Shown here: one piece after another, positions 35,750 to 46,454 of the stretch | Numbering within the stretch: position 1 is the stretch's first letter | Layout of the letters: every line of letters starts with the position of its first letter | Position numbers and translations under genes: made by a program | Origin: Spirochaetaceae bacterium UBA5200 | Lineage (GTDB): Bacteria; Spirochaetota; Spirochaetia; Treponematales; UBA12059 | Direction: 5' to 3' | Length of the DNA stretch: 61,595 bases | Assembly: GCA_002412825.1 (NCBI GenBank) | Contig: DHVU01000005.1 | Location: 1 to 61,595, forward strand | The notes under the pieces: model-generated | Told to the model about the DNA's origin: nothing | Database searches by the model: none | The model's input: only the letters and a program-made list of their open reading frames with translations

Positions 35750-37042
35750 GTGGGCGTGAACAGGCCCGCTCGAACTATGCGCGCATTTTTCATAGCGATA
35801 CTCATGCTCTCCGTATCCTGCGGCCGCGCTTTCAATCCCAGCCAGGCTCAGGCCGGCGAGGATACATCGGCGTCGGCGGAACCTATAGATCACTACCCGC
35901 TAACGCCCCTTTTGAACGACGGACAGTCTGTCGCGCTCAGGATGAAGGCGCGGCAGCTAGCGGAGGGCTTAAGCCTTAAAGAGCTGTGCGGCCAAGTCCT
36001 TATGGTAAGCGTGGACGGCAAGACGGGCCTCAGCTCTTGGGGCGCGGCCTTCCTTAGCGAAATTAAGCCCGGGGCCGTACTGCTTTTCGGCTTTAATATT
36101 CCTCCTGAGGCCTTTGCATTGCGCGGCCTGAGCGCCGCCATAGCGGAAACGGCACAGCACAAAGGCATACGACCCTTCATAGCGATCGACCACGAGGGCG
36201 GCGATGTGTTCCGCATCAAGTCAGGCGTAACGCGGCTGCCCTCGGCAAAGTCGCTCGGTTCATATGGTCCCGACCTGGCGGGCCTGGCGGGAGCCCTGTC
36301 CGGCGCGGAGTTGCGGGCGTTGGGCGTGACTATGAATCTAGCGCCGGTGGCCGAGGCCTTAAACGCTCGAAACGTGGCTTTTCTGGGTACGCGGGCCTGG
36401 TCGGAGCAGCCTGCGGAGGCCGGTATACTGGCCTACCGCTTCATAGAGGGCAGCCAGGGCTCGGGCACGGCCGCGGCTGCCAAGCATTTCCCGGGCAACA
36501 GCGACGGGGACCCCCACGCCGCGCTGCCTGTGCTCGAGCTCAGCATGGAGGAGCTAAGCGAAGGCTTTCTTGCCTCTTTTATACCTGCTTTGCGGGCCAA
36601 GCCTGCCGCGGTCATGCTTTCCCATGCCCTTATACCCGTATTGGACGCGGATAAGCCGGTAAGCCTATCGCACAAGGCCATAGCGCTGCTCAAGAGTGAT
36701 TTGGGTTTTAGAGGCATAGTATTGAGCGATGACCTCGTTATGGCCGCTCTGGGGGACGCGGGCGGCCCCGCGAGAGCAGCGCTCTCCGCTCTTGAGGCGG
36801 GAGCGGATATGCTCATGGTGTCCGGCGCTAAGGAAGCGCGTTCGATACGCGATGCCCTGCTGGCCGCCTTGTCGGAAGGAAGCCTGGACGAAGCGCGCTT
36901 GCGCGACGCGGCATACCGCATTTTTCTGCAGAAAACGCGCTTCGCCCTCGACGAGCCTATGCCTGATATCAGCGCGGAGGATTTCGAAGCGCTGGTAACG
37001 GGCAATAGGGCGGCGCTCCGCCGGAGTACAACGGGCTTATAA
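35750..37042 (+). CDS. Glycoside hydrolase family 3 beta-N-acetylhexosaminidase (NagZ-like), lipoprotein-type signal
   Basis: GH3 N-domain motif KHFPG..D.H and aspartate nucleophile region. N-terminal LSVSCG lipobox if the start is at 35777. Confidence 0.8.
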   Translation: MGVNRPARTMRAFFIAILMLSVSCGRAFNPSQAQAGEDTSASAEPIDHYPLTPLLNDGQSVALRMKARQLAEGLSLKELCGQVLMVSVDGKTGLSSWGAAFLSEIKPGAVLLFGFNIPPEAFALRGLSAAIAETAQHKGIRPFIAIDHEGGDVFRIKSGVTRLPSAKSLGSYGPDLAGLAGALSGAELRALGVTMNLAPVAEALNARNVAFLGTRAWSEQPAEAGILAYRFIEGSQGSGTAAAAKHFPGNSDGDPHAALPVLELSMEELSEGFLASFIPALRAKPAAVMLSHALIPVLDADKPVSLSHKAIALLKSDLGFRGIVLSDDLVMAALGDAGGPARAALSALEAGADMLMVSGAKEARSIRDALLAALSEGSLDEARLRDAAYRIFLQKTRFALDEPMPDISAEDFEALVTGNRAALRRSTTGL

Positions 37043-37071
37043 CGCGGCGCAGGGGGGCCGATATTCAAGGT

Positions 37072-38226
37072 ATGCGCACCCAAGCCCGCGCCGCGGCCCT
37101 TACGCTCGCATTAGTCTGTCTCTCAGGCCTTGCCTCAGCCCAGGCTCTGCGCATAAGCCCAGAAGACCTGCGGGTGGAGCAGCGCGGCGATGAGGGCTAT
37201 CACCTGTTTATTCGGGCAAAGCCGGGCATGGGCAGCGTGCTCCTCACGGAGACTACGAAGGACCCCCAGGGCAAGGCGGATAATTACGCCTATCGCGCGG
37301 AGGCATGGAACCCCGTAAACGGCGACGAGCCTCGCAAGCTCGACGGCGCTTTCATGAATCCGTCCTCGGGTATTTATTCGCTCATCGATTCGTCGCCTGA
37401 GCCTGACGGGCAATTCGGCGCGGCCTTTCACGTTTTTATACCCTGGATAGCGCAATGGGGCTACGCATGGAGCCGAAACGGGCGCGAATTCATAGCCGAC
37501 GGCAGTTTCATCAATATACGCGCCTTTGCGTTGCCCTATGCCGATTACGCGGGCGCCTTTGCCGATAATCCCTTCGTGCTCTCGGTGACGCAGCGCCCCT
37601 TCGAGCGGCCGGCACCTGCGCCAAAGGCCGAAGCTCCCGCCGAGCCCGACTTAAGCGCCTATATGCCCGAGACGGTGCGTTCCTTCGAGGGCATAGCGGA
37701 GGCCATGGGCGGCATAAGCGAATTTTCCATGGGCAAGGAAGATATCGTGCCGGTGCTTGCCCGTATCCTAGACGAGCTGCAGGGCGATGAGCTGGAGCTC
37801 GTCATTTGCCTCGACACCACCGATTCCATGGCAGACGATATAGACGCGGTAAAGGACTTGTTGCCGCGCATGATCGCCGAGCGCACGGAGCGCTTTAAGG
37901 TATTTAAACTGGGGCTCGTGCTCTATAAGGATTACTTTGAGGAATACGTGGTGAAGCGCTTCGAGTTTACCTCGAACACCGCCTCATTCACCAGCGCCGT
38001 GAACAGCGTGAAGGTTCGCGGCGGCCGCGACATACCCGAAGCGGTGTATGAAGCGCTCTATGAGGCGCTCATCGGCTACGCTTGGTCGGCCAGTACCAGA
38101 GCCATCGTGCTCATAGGCGACGCCCCGCCGCACCCCTTGCCGCGTGGCAGGGTGGATAAGGCCAAGGTAACGGCGAAGGCGGCGGAGCTGGGCGTAAGCG
38201 TTAACGTGATCATACTGCCTCATTGA
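37072..38226 (+). CDS. Secreted protein with C-terminal von Willebrand factor A-like domain
   Basis: Signal peptide; MIDAS-like DTTDSM (DxSxS) motif. Confidence 0.5.
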   Translation: MRTQARAAALTLALVCLSGLASAQALRISPEDLRVEQRGDEGYHLFIRAKPGMGSVLLTETTKDPQGKADNYAYRAEAWNPVNGDEPRKLDGAFMNPSSGIYSLIDSSPEPDGQFGAAFHVFIPWIAQWGYAWSRNGREFIADGSFINIRAFALPYADYAGAFADNPFVLSVTQRPFERPAPAPKAEAPAEPDLSAYMPETVRSFEGIAEAMGGISEFSMGKEDIVPVLARILDELQGDELELVICLDTTDSMADDIDAVKDLLPRMIAERTERFKVFKLGLVLYKDYFEEYVVKRFEFTSNTASFTSAVNSVKVRGGRDIPEAVYEALYEALIGYAWSASTRAIVLIGDAPPHPLPRGRVDKAKVTAKAAELGVSVNVIILPH

Positions 38227-38335
38227 GCCGGTTTTTTTAGCTACTAGTCGCTTGAGCACTATTTTTTCGTTTACAAGCCTCGGCCATAGAGGCTACAATC
38301 GGTAGTCTGCGACGAAGCAAAAGCATGGGAGCGTT

Positions 38336-39295
38336 ATGAAGGCACGACGACGAAGGATCCGACATGAAGACAGCCTGCTCTCCCACGTGTCTCCGCGCTG
38401 GCTGCTCCATGTCGCGGCCGTATTCGTATTCGGCTTCACTTTTTTGGGTTCCAACGCCGTGTTCTCGCCCAAGGCGCAGAGCAATATGGGCGCGGCCGAT
38501 TTCAGTGAATTCACCGGGGCGGAATTCTCCGACGGCCTTTCGCTGGTGGATGAGGAAGCGCCGCCGGACGAAGGCCTGCATTACCTCGTATACAAGGTGC
38601 TTAAGGGGGATACCGTGTCCCAGATCGCCGAAATCTACGGCGTAACGGTAGACAGCATCGTCACCTTTAACCGCATTACCAATACCCGCGCGCTGTCCAT
38701 AGGCAAATACCTAAAGATTCCTTCTATGAACGGCATACTGTACGACGTGAAAGCCACTGATAGCGTGGAATCGATAGCCCAGGCGTATAAAATATCGGGA
38801 GAGCGCATACTGGAAGTGAATGAGCTTTCCGGCGATGCCCTAACGGCGGGACGCTCCCTCTTTTTACCCGATGCCCGGCTGTCCAGCCTCACCCTGCGTG
38901 AAATTAACGGTGACCTATTCCGCTGGCCGCTTCGCGGCTGGATTACAAGCTGGTACGGCTGGCGCAACGATCCCTTTACCGGCTCGCGCTCCTTTCATAC
39001 CGGCCTGGACATAGGAGCCGCCCATGGCCAGACCGTCGTCGCGGCCATGGAAGGCGTCGTAAGCGCCGTCGGCTATTCAACGGTGGCAGGTAACTACATC
39101 ATGCTCTCGCATCATTCAGGCTACAGCACTATGTACGCGCATTTATCTTCTACCCTCGTAAAAACCGGGCAGCGGGTAAATCAGTCCGCTCCCATAGGCA
39201 GGGTGGGCAATACGGGCTACAGCACAGGCCCGCACCTTCACTTTACGGTGAACAAACACGGCCGCACCATCAATCCAATGACGGTGCTCAATTAA
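38336..39295 (+). CDS. LysM-domain M23 peptidase
   Basis: Two LysM repeats (YKVLKGDTVSQIAEIYG and YDVKATDSVESIAQAY) and M23 motifs HTGLDI...GNTGYSTGPHLHF. Confidence 0.85.
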   Translation: MKARRRRIRHEDSLLSHVSPRWLLHVAAVFVFGFTFLGSNAVFSPKAQSNMGAADFSEFTGAEFSDGLSLVDEEAPPDEGLHYLVYKVLKGDTVSQIAEIYGVTVDSIVTFNRITNTRALSIGKYLKIPSMNGILYDVKATDSVESIAQAYKISGERILEVNELSGDALTAGRSLFLPDARLSSLTLREINGDLFRWPLRGWITSWYGWRNDPFTGSRSFHTGLDIGAAHGQTVVAAMEGVVSAVGYSTVAGNYIMLSHHSGYSTMYAHLSSTLVKTGQRVNQSAPIGRVGNTGYSTGPHLHFTVNKHGRTINPMTVLN

Positions 39296-39340
39296 CGGCG
39301 GTTTGACAGGAGCCCCCTTTTCAGCTACCATGATTCTACC

Positions 39341-41083
39341 ATGAGAAAGCTCCAGGGCATCCCGGCCTCACCCGGCATAGCCATAGCGCCTGCCTTCGTG
39401 TTCCTCGATGAAGAGGAGCCTACGATACCTCGTTACGCCCTTGAAGACGGGGACATAAGCGGGGAATGGGATCGCTTTCTGGTGGCGCTTGAGCGTGCCC
39501 GCGAGGATATAACCATACTGCGCGACCGGGCTCAGCGGGAGATGGGTTCGGAGCATAGCGCCATATTCGATGCCCATCTGCTCATGCTCGACGACCCCGA
39601 GGTAATGGACGCCATAGAGATATCGCTGCGCGAATCCCTGCTTAATATAGAATGGGTATTGCACCAGTACTCCCAGACCGTGGTCAAGCGCCTCGAGGGC
39701 CTGGACGATCCGGTGCTGCAGGAGCGCGGCTCCGACGTACACGATATCACCCACCGCATACTTAACCATCTTATGTTCCGCGAGCGTTTTTCCCTGGCCG
39801 ATCTCTCGCGCGATATCGTGCTTGTAGCGCATAATCTACTGCCCTCCGACATGATAGGCATGAACCGCAAGCGGGTAAAAGCCCTGGTCGTGGACAAGGG
39901 CGGTAAGACGAGCCATACGGCTATACTGGCGCGGGCCTTTGAAATACCGGCGGTGTGCGGCCTCGGCAACGCTACGCGCTCCATACATAGCAATGAGCTG
40001 GTGGTGGTGGACGGCGCTTCGGGCGACGTCCTTGTCGAGCCTGGCGCCGACATGCTAGCCCGCTACGAGCGCATACGCGCCCGCGGCATAGAACGCGAAC
40101 AGGGGCTCGCGAGCATAGCCAAGCTGCCGGCGAGCACCCTTGATGATCATGAGGTAACGCTTAAGGCTAATATAGAGGTGCCCGAGGAGACCGACGCGGT
40201 GCTCAGGCACGGCGCGGCCGGCGTGGGGCTCTTCAGGTCGGAATTCCTGTTCCTGCAGCCAGGCAGGCCGCCCAGCGAGGAAACGCAGTATACCGCCTAC
40301 AGAAGGGTGCTCGAGGCCATGGGCCGGCGCCCGGTAACCATACGCACCCTGGACGTGGGCGGCGATAAGGTAGTGCCCGAACTGATCATGGGCGAGGAGA
40401 AGAACCCGCTCTTAGGCTGGCGCGCCATACGCTACTGCCTGGCGGACACGGATCTTTTTCAGATACAGTTGCGGGCCATACTGCGGGCGAGCGCCCATGG
40501 CGACGCGCGCATCATGTTCCCGATGATATCCGGGCCGGACGAGCTGGACGCCGCTCTTGCCGAGCTTGATAAGGCCAAGGAAGAATGTGTCAAGCGCGGC
40601 CAGGCTTTCAGGCCGGATTTGCCAGTAGGCATTATGATCGAGGTGCCAAGCGCCGCGATGATAGCCGACATTTTAGCGCGCAAGGTCGATTTCCTGTCCA
40701 TAGGCACGAACGATCTTATCCAATACACCATTGCGGTTGACCGCGGCAACGAGCGCGTCGCCTACCTCCATGAACCCTTCCATCCGGCCATCGTGCGCCT
40801 GGTACGCAACGTGATCGATGCCGGCCACGCCGAGGGCGTACCGGTATCCATGTGCGGCGAGATGGCCGCCGATCCTTATGCCGCCGTGGTGCTCCTCGGC
40901 ATGGGCCTGGACGAGTACTCGATGTCGGCGGTGTCCGTGCCCCTGGTAAAGCGCGTTATACGCGCCCTTACCAAGGCCGATGCGAACGCCATAGCCGCCG
41001 ATGTGCTTGCCACCGGCAGCCATAAGGAAGCGGACGCCTACCTCAAGGACAGGCTGAGCGCGCTTATCGCCCAGGACGAATAG
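39341..41083 (+). CDS. ptsI: Phosphoenolpyruvate-protein phosphotransferase (PTS enzyme I)
   Basis: 580 aa with phosphohistidine domain and PEP-utilising C-terminal TIM barrel. Confidence 0.95.
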   Translation: MRKLQGIPASPGIAIAPAFVFLDEEEPTIPRYALEDGDISGEWDRFLVALERAREDITILRDRAQREMGSEHSAIFDAHLLMLDDPEVMDAIEISLRESLLNIEWVLHQYSQTVVKRLEGLDDPVLQERGSDVHDITHRILNHLMFRERFSLADLSRDIVLVAHNLLPSDMIGMNRKRVKALVVDKGGKTSHTAILARAFEIPAVCGLGNATRSIHSNELVVVDGASGDVLVEPGADMLARYERIRARGIEREQGLASIAKLPASTLDDHEVTLKANIEVPEETDAVLRHGAAGVGLFRSEFLFLQPGRPPSEETQYTAYRRVLEAMGRRPVTIRTLDVGGDKVVPELIMGEEKNPLLGWRAIRYCLADTDLFQIQLRAILRASAHGDARIMFPMISGPDELDAALAELDKAKEECVKRGQAFRPDLPVGIMIEVPSAAMIADILARKVDFLSIGTNDLIQYTIAVDRGNERVAYLHEPFHPAIVRLVRNVIDAGHAEGVPVSMCGEMAADPYAAVVLLGMGLDEYSMSAVSVPLVKRVIRALTKADANAIAADVLATGSHKEADAYLKDRLSALIAQDE

Positions 41084-41175
41084 CCTCGGTCCCTGCCCGG
41101 ACAAGGCGCGGCCCCCGTATAGGAAGGCGGGCCGCGTTCGTGCTATAGTCGCCCCGAACCTTTAAAGGAATGAGT

Positions 41176-42591
41176 ATGAACGAAGAACGCATAGACGCCG
41201 ATAACGGCGAGTCCGACAACGCCGACGATCGAAGGCAGCGCTGGACCGGCCTGCCCGTCGTGGCCTTGGCCGGCAGGCCCAACGTAGGTAAATCCACCCT
41301 GTTTAATCGCCTGCTCCATAGGCGTAAGGCGATTGTGGATCCCAAGCCGGGCGTTACCCGCGACCCCATAGAAGCCCTTTGGCAGAGCGACGAGGCGGAT
41401 ATGCCCGTCATGCTCGTCGATACGGGCGGACTTAAGCTGGAACGCGACGACATGGACGACAAGGTGGCCGCCAAGAGCTGGCAGCGCATAGAAGAGGCGG
41501 ACCTGGTACTCTTCCTGCTCGACGCGGTGAACATTACCCCCGAGGACGAGGAATTCGCGGCCAAGCTGCGTAAGTACGCGGCTAAGGTGGTCGTGGTGGT
41601 GAACAAGGCCGACGGCCCTGAGCGTGACGCGCGGGCATGGAGCCATGCATCCTGGGGCTATAAGGACATGATATTCGTGTCCGCCGAGCACGGACGCAAC
41701 ATAGGCGAGCTAGAGGACCTTATCCTGTCAAAAATGGACTGGTCCAAGGCTTCGCCGCACAGCGAGGAGCGCGACGACCTGCGCCTTGCCATCATGGGTA
41801 AGCCGAACGTGGGCAAGTCCACGCTTTTAAATAGGCTGTTAGGCGAGGAGCGCTCCATCGTCAGCGATATGCCGGGCACCACGCGCGACGTGGTGGAGGG
41901 CCGTTTCGTGTGGAAGGGCAGGAATTTTACCGTGCTCGATACCGCGGGCATGCGCCGCAAGGCTAAGGTGACCGAGTCCGTCGAGTACTACTCGGTAAAC
42001 CGCGCCATAAAGACCCTTGATCGGGCCGATGTGGTCGTGCTCATGATTGACGCGGTTGAGGGCTTGTCCGACCAGGATAAGAAGATCGTGAAACTGGCCA
42101 CCGACAAGGGGCGCGGCGTGGTGTTCGCGCTGAACAAGTGGGACGCCATGCCCACGATCAAGAACACCTTCGAGGCGGTAAAAGACCGTATACAGTTCTT
42201 CTTCGGTCAGATGGCCTACGCGCCCATACTGCCGCTGTCGGCCAAGGAAGGCGAGGGCGTAGATAAGCTTTTGTCCACGATCGTTACCGTGTACGCCCAG
42301 CTTACCAAGAAGATAGAGACGAGCAAGCTCAATAAGGAAGCGCGCGACTGGGTAGACTCCAATCCGCCGCCTATGAGCTCGAAGGGCCGCTTTAAGTTCC
42401 GCTACGCCACGCAGACGAGCGTGAACCCGGTTAAGTTCGCCTTCTTCGTGACGCGGCCTGACGCCGTGGGCGATACCTACCGCTCCTTCTTGAAGAATAA
42501 AATACGATCGGAGCTCGGTTACTCCCTTATACCGGTGGAGCTTGAGCTTCGCGCGTCCCGTAAGCGCTTCGAGGATCTCGAAAAATCCTAG
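41176..42591 (+). CDS. der: Ribosome-biogenesis GTPase Der (EngA)
   Basis: Two tandem G domains (GRPNVGKSTLFN and GKPNVGKSTLLN) and KH-like C-terminus. Confidence 0.95.
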   Translation: MNEERIDADNGESDNADDRRQRWTGLPVVALAGRPNVGKSTLFNRLLHRRKAIVDPKPGVTRDPIEALWQSDEADMPVMLVDTGGLKLERDDMDDKVAAKSWQRIEEADLVLFLLDAVNITPEDEEFAAKLRKYAAKVVVVVNKADGPERDARAWSHASWGYKDMIFVSAEHGRNIGELEDLILSKMDWSKASPHSEERDDLRLAIMGKPNVGKSTLLNRLLGEERSIVSDMPGTTRDVVEGRFVWKGRNFTVLDTAGMRRKAKVTESVEYYSVNRAIKTLDRADVVVLMIDAVEGLSDQDKKIVKLATDKGRGVVFALNKWDAMPTIKNTFEAVKDRIQFFFGQMAYAPILPLSAKEGEGVDKLLSTIVTVYAQLTKKIETSKLNKEARDWVDSNPPPMSSKGRFKFRYATQTSVNPVKFAFFVTRPDAVGDTYRSFLKNKIRSELGYSLIPVELELRASRKRFEDLEKS

Positions 42592-42595
42592 CGCT

Positions 42596-42937
42596 ATGGG
42601 CGGACCCTACGGCACGAAGGACGTGGAAGCCCTCATAGGCGTAGGCGAACATGTCCTTCGGTATTGGGAAAAGGAATTGCCGCTCCTTTCGCCCCAGCGC
42701 AGCGCTTTCGGGCGGCGCGAGTGGTCGGAGGCCGACTTGTCCCTGCTCCTGCGGGTACGCCACCTCGTGCGCGACAGAGGACTTTCCCTCCAGGCAACGC
42801 TGGATGCCCTCATAGCCGAACGCTCCGGGCCTGGCGCCGCCCGCGCAGCTGAGCTGGCTGAGAGCCGCGCCATGCTCGTTGAGCTCTTCTTTGCCTGCCG
42901 ACGCCTGCGAGCCCGGGCTACTCGCCTTCAAGCTTAG
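42596..42937 (+). CDS. MerR-family HTH transcriptional regulator (small)
   Basis: HTH IGVGEHVLRYWEKE typical of MerR N-domain; ATG overlaps the der stop region. Confidence 0.55.
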   Translation: MGGPYGTKDVEALIGVGEHVLRYWEKELPLLSPQRSAFGRREWSEADLSLLLRVRHLVRDRGLSLQATLDALIAERSGPGAARAAELAESRAMLVELFFACRRLRARATRLQA

Positions 42938-43069
42938 GCTGCTCAGCCCTGATTGCGCCGTGCCTCCTTCCGCGGCGCATTGAGCTGCGCCGGCCTCTCC
43001 GGAGCTGATGCGTTCCCCGCTCCACAATGAGCGGGCGCGGTGTTATACTCCTTAGCGAGGAGTACCATT

Positions 43070-44392
43070 ATGCCCGCACACCATGCCCAGGCCCTTTGTG
43101 ATTTCATCGATGCCTCCCCCAGCGCCTTCCATGCCGTACGGTCCGGCGTCGCTATGCTTGAAGCAATCGGAGCTCAACGCCTAGACGAGCGCGAGCGCTG
43201 GACGCTAAAAGCAGGCGGCTGCTACTACTTGATACGCGACGACGCCTCGCTGGTGGCCCTGCGCGTAGGCGGCCGCTCCCCTGCGGATGCCGGCTTCGCC
43301 CTTGCCGCCGCCCATGCGGACGCCCCCGCGCTCAGGGTCCGCTATGAAAAGGCCGTGGTAGCCCGCGGCCTTGAACGGGCGGCCGTTGAGGCCTACGGCG
43401 GGCCCATACACGCTACCTGGCTCGACCGTCCTTTGAATATGGCGGGCAGGGCGCTCGTCAAGGGCAAGGACGCTAAGCCTGAGTTACGGCTGGTCAACCT
43501 GAAGCGCCCCGTGGCTGTCATACCTAATCTGGCCATACACTTTAACCGGGAAATGAACAAGGGCATAGAATACCCCATGAACAGCGCGCTTCTGCCGCTC
43601 GTCGCCTGCGCGCCGGACGCTACGGGCGCGAGCGTCGTCGGGGCGCCCTCCTACGCCTGGGCCCTGCGCGTATGCGCTAAGGAGCTAGGCGTAGAGCCCC
43701 AGGACATACTGTCGGCGGAACTGTCCTTCGTAGACGCCGCCCCCTCCCTCGTATGGGGCGAGGACGGCGAATTCATATCCGCGCCGCGCATAGACAATCT
43801 AGAAGGCTGCCACAGCGTGCTGAGCGCGTTCTGCGTGGCTGGCGCTAGGGAACATAGTCAGCTTGCGGTGCTCTTCGATAACGAAGAAATCGGCTCAGGC
43901 ACCCCTCGCGGCGCGGACTCGGCCTTCCTCCGCGATGTGCTGGCGCGCATTATAGCGGCCAGGGGCGGGCAGGGAGCCGAGGACGAGCAACGCGCCTTGG
44001 CGCGCTCGTTCTGCATATCGGTAGACGGCGCGCAGGGCTGGCATCCTTCCTACGCGGACCGCTTTGACGAGGATTACGCGCCTGTACTGAACAAAGGACC
44101 GGCGGTAAAGGCAAACGCCAATCAGCGCTACGCCACCGACGCCGTCAGCGAAGCCGCCTTCAAAAGCTGGTGCGCTATGGCGGGCGTGCCCTCCCAGCGC
44201 TTTAGGATGCGAGCCGACCTTGCCCCTGGCTCTACCATAGGCCCGGTAAACGCGGCCTTGCTTGGCGTCCGCACCGTGGATGTGGGCGTGCCTATGCTCG
44301 CCATGCACTCGGTGCGCGAATGCTCAGGCTCCTATGATCACGACTATATGATACGCGCCCTCAAGGCTTTCTACGACTCGTACGCAAGCTGA
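43070..44392 (+). CDS. M18-family aminopeptidase (aspartyl aminopeptidase-like)
   Basis: FDNEEIGS metal-binding motif and C-terminal AMHSVRE; RBS GAGGAG. Confidence 0.75.
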   Translation: MPAHHAQALCDFIDASPSAFHAVRSGVAMLEAIGAQRLDERERWTLKAGGCYYLIRDDASLVALRVGGRSPADAGFALAAAHADAPALRVRYEKAVVARGLERAAVEAYGGPIHATWLDRPLNMAGRALVKGKDAKPELRLVNLKRPVAVIPNLAIHFNREMNKGIEYPMNSALLPLVACAPDATGASVVGAPSYAWALRVCAKELGVEPQDILSAELSFVDAAPSLVWGEDGEFISAPRIDNLEGCHSVLSAFCVAGAREHSQLAVLFDNEEIGSGTPRGADSAFLRDVLARIIAARGGQGAEDEQRALARSFCISVDGAQGWHPSYADRFDEDYAPVLNKGPAVKANANQRYATDAVSEAAFKSWCAMAGVPSQRFRMRADLAPGSTIGPVNAALLGVRTVDVGVPMLAMHSVRECSGSYDHDYMIRALKAFYDSYAS

Positions 44393-44404
44393 GAATAGGC
44401 CAGA

Positions 44405-44450
44405 GATAAAAAACGGGATAGGCCGCGGCGCGGCTTATCCCGTATTCTTT
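44405..44450. terminator. Bidirectional terminator (14-bp stem CGGGATAGGCCGCG / CGCGGCTTATCCCG with one mismatch) flanked by A- and T-tracts
   Basis: Lies between the convergent aminopeptidase and LysM genes. Confidence 0.55.
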
Positions 44451-44524
44451 AAAAAAGCTATGGCCTAAGCCTTTTGAACCCGTGAGCCCCCCCGCTTTTT
44501 GGCCGCAGGAAGGGCTACAGGCTG

Positions 44525-45217
44525 CTATTTTGCGAAGGCCGGATACTCTACGCCCTCTTCCCAGAAGCCGTCGCGATACTCTCCGTCTATGGCGGGTATA
44601 TCCAGTATCATGCCGGGCAGTATCAGGTCGGGATTATTCGGCTCGGGCAGCTTGGCGCGGTTGGCCTTGTACAGCGTGGTCCAGCGCCAGGGATTGCCGT
44701 AAATGCCTGGCAGTCCCGCTATGCGCCAGAGGCAGTCTTCTTTGCCCGGTATGTCGCGAACGACGTATTGGGCGGGTAGGCTTATCGCTTCTTTGAGGGT
44801 GGACAGGTGCGCGAGCACCAAATTCGCGTTCATGCGCGCGTCTTCGTACGCTTCCTCGTTCAGGGCAAGCACGGCCTTCTGGAGGGCGTCACCCGCATTG
44901 GCAAAAGCCTGCGGATAGCGCTTTTCGGCATTGATGCCCACGGCCCAGTCGTAGCGAGCCTGCGCGGCCATTACCGCGTCCTGGGCGCTCTTAAGGTCGA
45001 GCATCTTGGCCACGTACTCGTCGGAAAGCAGGGCGTATTCCTGGGACTGGGCGGCGTAGTCCGCGGCAGCGTCATAGTCGCCGTCCTCAAAGGCCTGGCT
45101 AGCCATGGCTTTGAGCCTGAGGCTCTCGGTGTAGTAGGAATTGTCGCTAAGGGTTTGCGCAAAGGCCGCGCCAACGAAGAGGGCCAGCGCAGCTATGATT
45201 AAAATAAAGCGTTTCAT
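44525..45217 (-). CDS. Secreted LysM-domain protein
   Basis: Signal peptide MKRFILIIAALALFVGAAFAQ and C-terminal LysM (CLWRIAG...ILPGMIL). Confidence 0.6.
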   Translation of the reverse strand: MKRFILIIAALALFVGAAFAQTLSDNSYYTESLRLKAMASQAFEDGDYDAAADYAAQSQEYALLSDEYVAKMLDLKSAQDAVMAAQARYDWAVGINAEKRYPQAFANAGDALQKAVLALNEEAYEDARMNANLVLAHLSTLKEAISLPAQYVVRDIPGKEDCLWRIAGLPGIYGNPWRWTTLYKANRAKLPEPNNPDLILPGMILDIPAIDGEYRDGFWEEGVEYPAFAK

Positions 45218-45229
45218 CGCCGTCCTCCT

Positions 45230-46318
45230 TTACTGGTTCCCGGCGCCAGGGCCGGTATCGCTGCCTATGATAAGGTCGCCTTCAATCGCTATGGCGCCGC
45301 TTCTTTCGGCCCGCTCGGCTGCGGCCTTTATAGCCGCCTCCGCGTTGGCTCGTTTGGACGCGGCCACTTCATAGACTGCCTTGAAGAGCTCTTCGGCCTC
45401 GGAGAACAAGTCGCTGGCCTCTTCATAGTTTTCGGCGGCGTAGGCTTGCAGCGCTTCGTTCCATACGGCGTTGGCCTGGGCAAATTCGCTTCGTACCGCC
45501 ACCTGGGCTTTAATGGCTTCGGAGTCTTTCTTATAGCCCTCGGCAAGCCTTCGCTTGCTTCCCGCATTCAGTTCCCAGCCCTTCTTGAGCACCAGGTTGT
45601 AGCGCAGCAGGGCCTCCGCGTTAGCGTCGTTGGCGCCTTCGGGATCGCCGGCTATGAGGCCGTCGGCCAGAGCTATCTTTTCTCCGGCCAGGGTGTAGTT
45701 GCCCGCGTCATACTGGCCGTAGTCGTACCAGTCTATGTTCTCCTTGACGACGAGGGCGCGAGAACGCTTCTCGGCCGCGTCATAGGCGAAAATTGCCTTG
45801 CGGTAAAGCTCGGCAGCCTCGCGGTTCTTGCCCGCAGCCAGGGCCGCATCCGCTTGTTCGTTTAGCGTTTCCGCGGCGCTAAAGGCGTCGGCGGAGCGCA
45901 GTTGCGCATCGGAGTCTATAGCGCGGTCACGAGCCGCAGCGGTGTTTTCTTTGCCCTTTTGGGCCGCCAGCCCCGCAGAGCGCTCGGCTAGGGCTTGGAA
46001 TAAGGGCAAGGCGGCTTCAAGCTCGGCCTTGGCCACTTCCCTGCCGTCGGCGTCGAGCGCCGCCTTGCCCGCGGTATAGCGGGCGTCGGCCGCGGCGTAG
46101 TCCTCGGGGAAGAAATCCTTGGCGCCAAGATCAAAGGCGTCCTTGCGGGCGGCCACTACGCGGGCGTGAAGATCGCTCAGCTCAGCCTGGCTGATCTGTA
46201 CCTGCTGCGCGACCGGTTCATCGATAATCGGTTCATCTACGGCCGGCGGTTTGGACGCGCAGCCTGCGAATAGCATGACCGCCGCAAGCGCGGCGATCGC
46301 TAGGTTCTTCAGCTTCAT
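45230..46318 (-). CDS. Lipoprotein, hypothetical (Ala/Glu-rich, helical repeat-like)
   Basis: Lipobox LFAGC after the signal peptide; low-complexity A/E/K-rich body. Confidence 0.45.
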   Translation of the reverse strand: MKLKNLAIAALAAVMLFAGCASKPPAVDEPIIDEPVAQQVQISQAELSDLHARVVAARKDAFDLGAKDFFPEDYAAADARYTAGKAALDADGREVAKAELEAALPLFQALAERSAGLAAQKGKENTAAARDRAIDSDAQLRSADAFSAAETLNEQADAALAAGKNREAAELYRKAIFAYDAAEKRSRALVVKENIDWYDYGQYDAGNYTLAGEKIALADGLIAGDPEGANDANAEALLRYNLVLKKGWELNAGSKRRLAEGYKKDSEAIKAQVAVRSEFAQANAVWNEALQAYAAENYEEASDLFSEAEELFKAVYEVAASKRANAEAAIKAAAERAERSGAIAIEGDLIIGSDTGPGAGNQ

Positions 46319-46454
46319 GCTTTACCTCCTAGGAAATAACATTGGGATAGTCTTTATGAGCTCGACTTACTGAATACGAGAGTCGCGATGCTTAAGTCGC
46401 TAGCTCTATAGTATCATGGATAAGGGGTAAGGGCAATTTTTGCGGCGAAAATAT

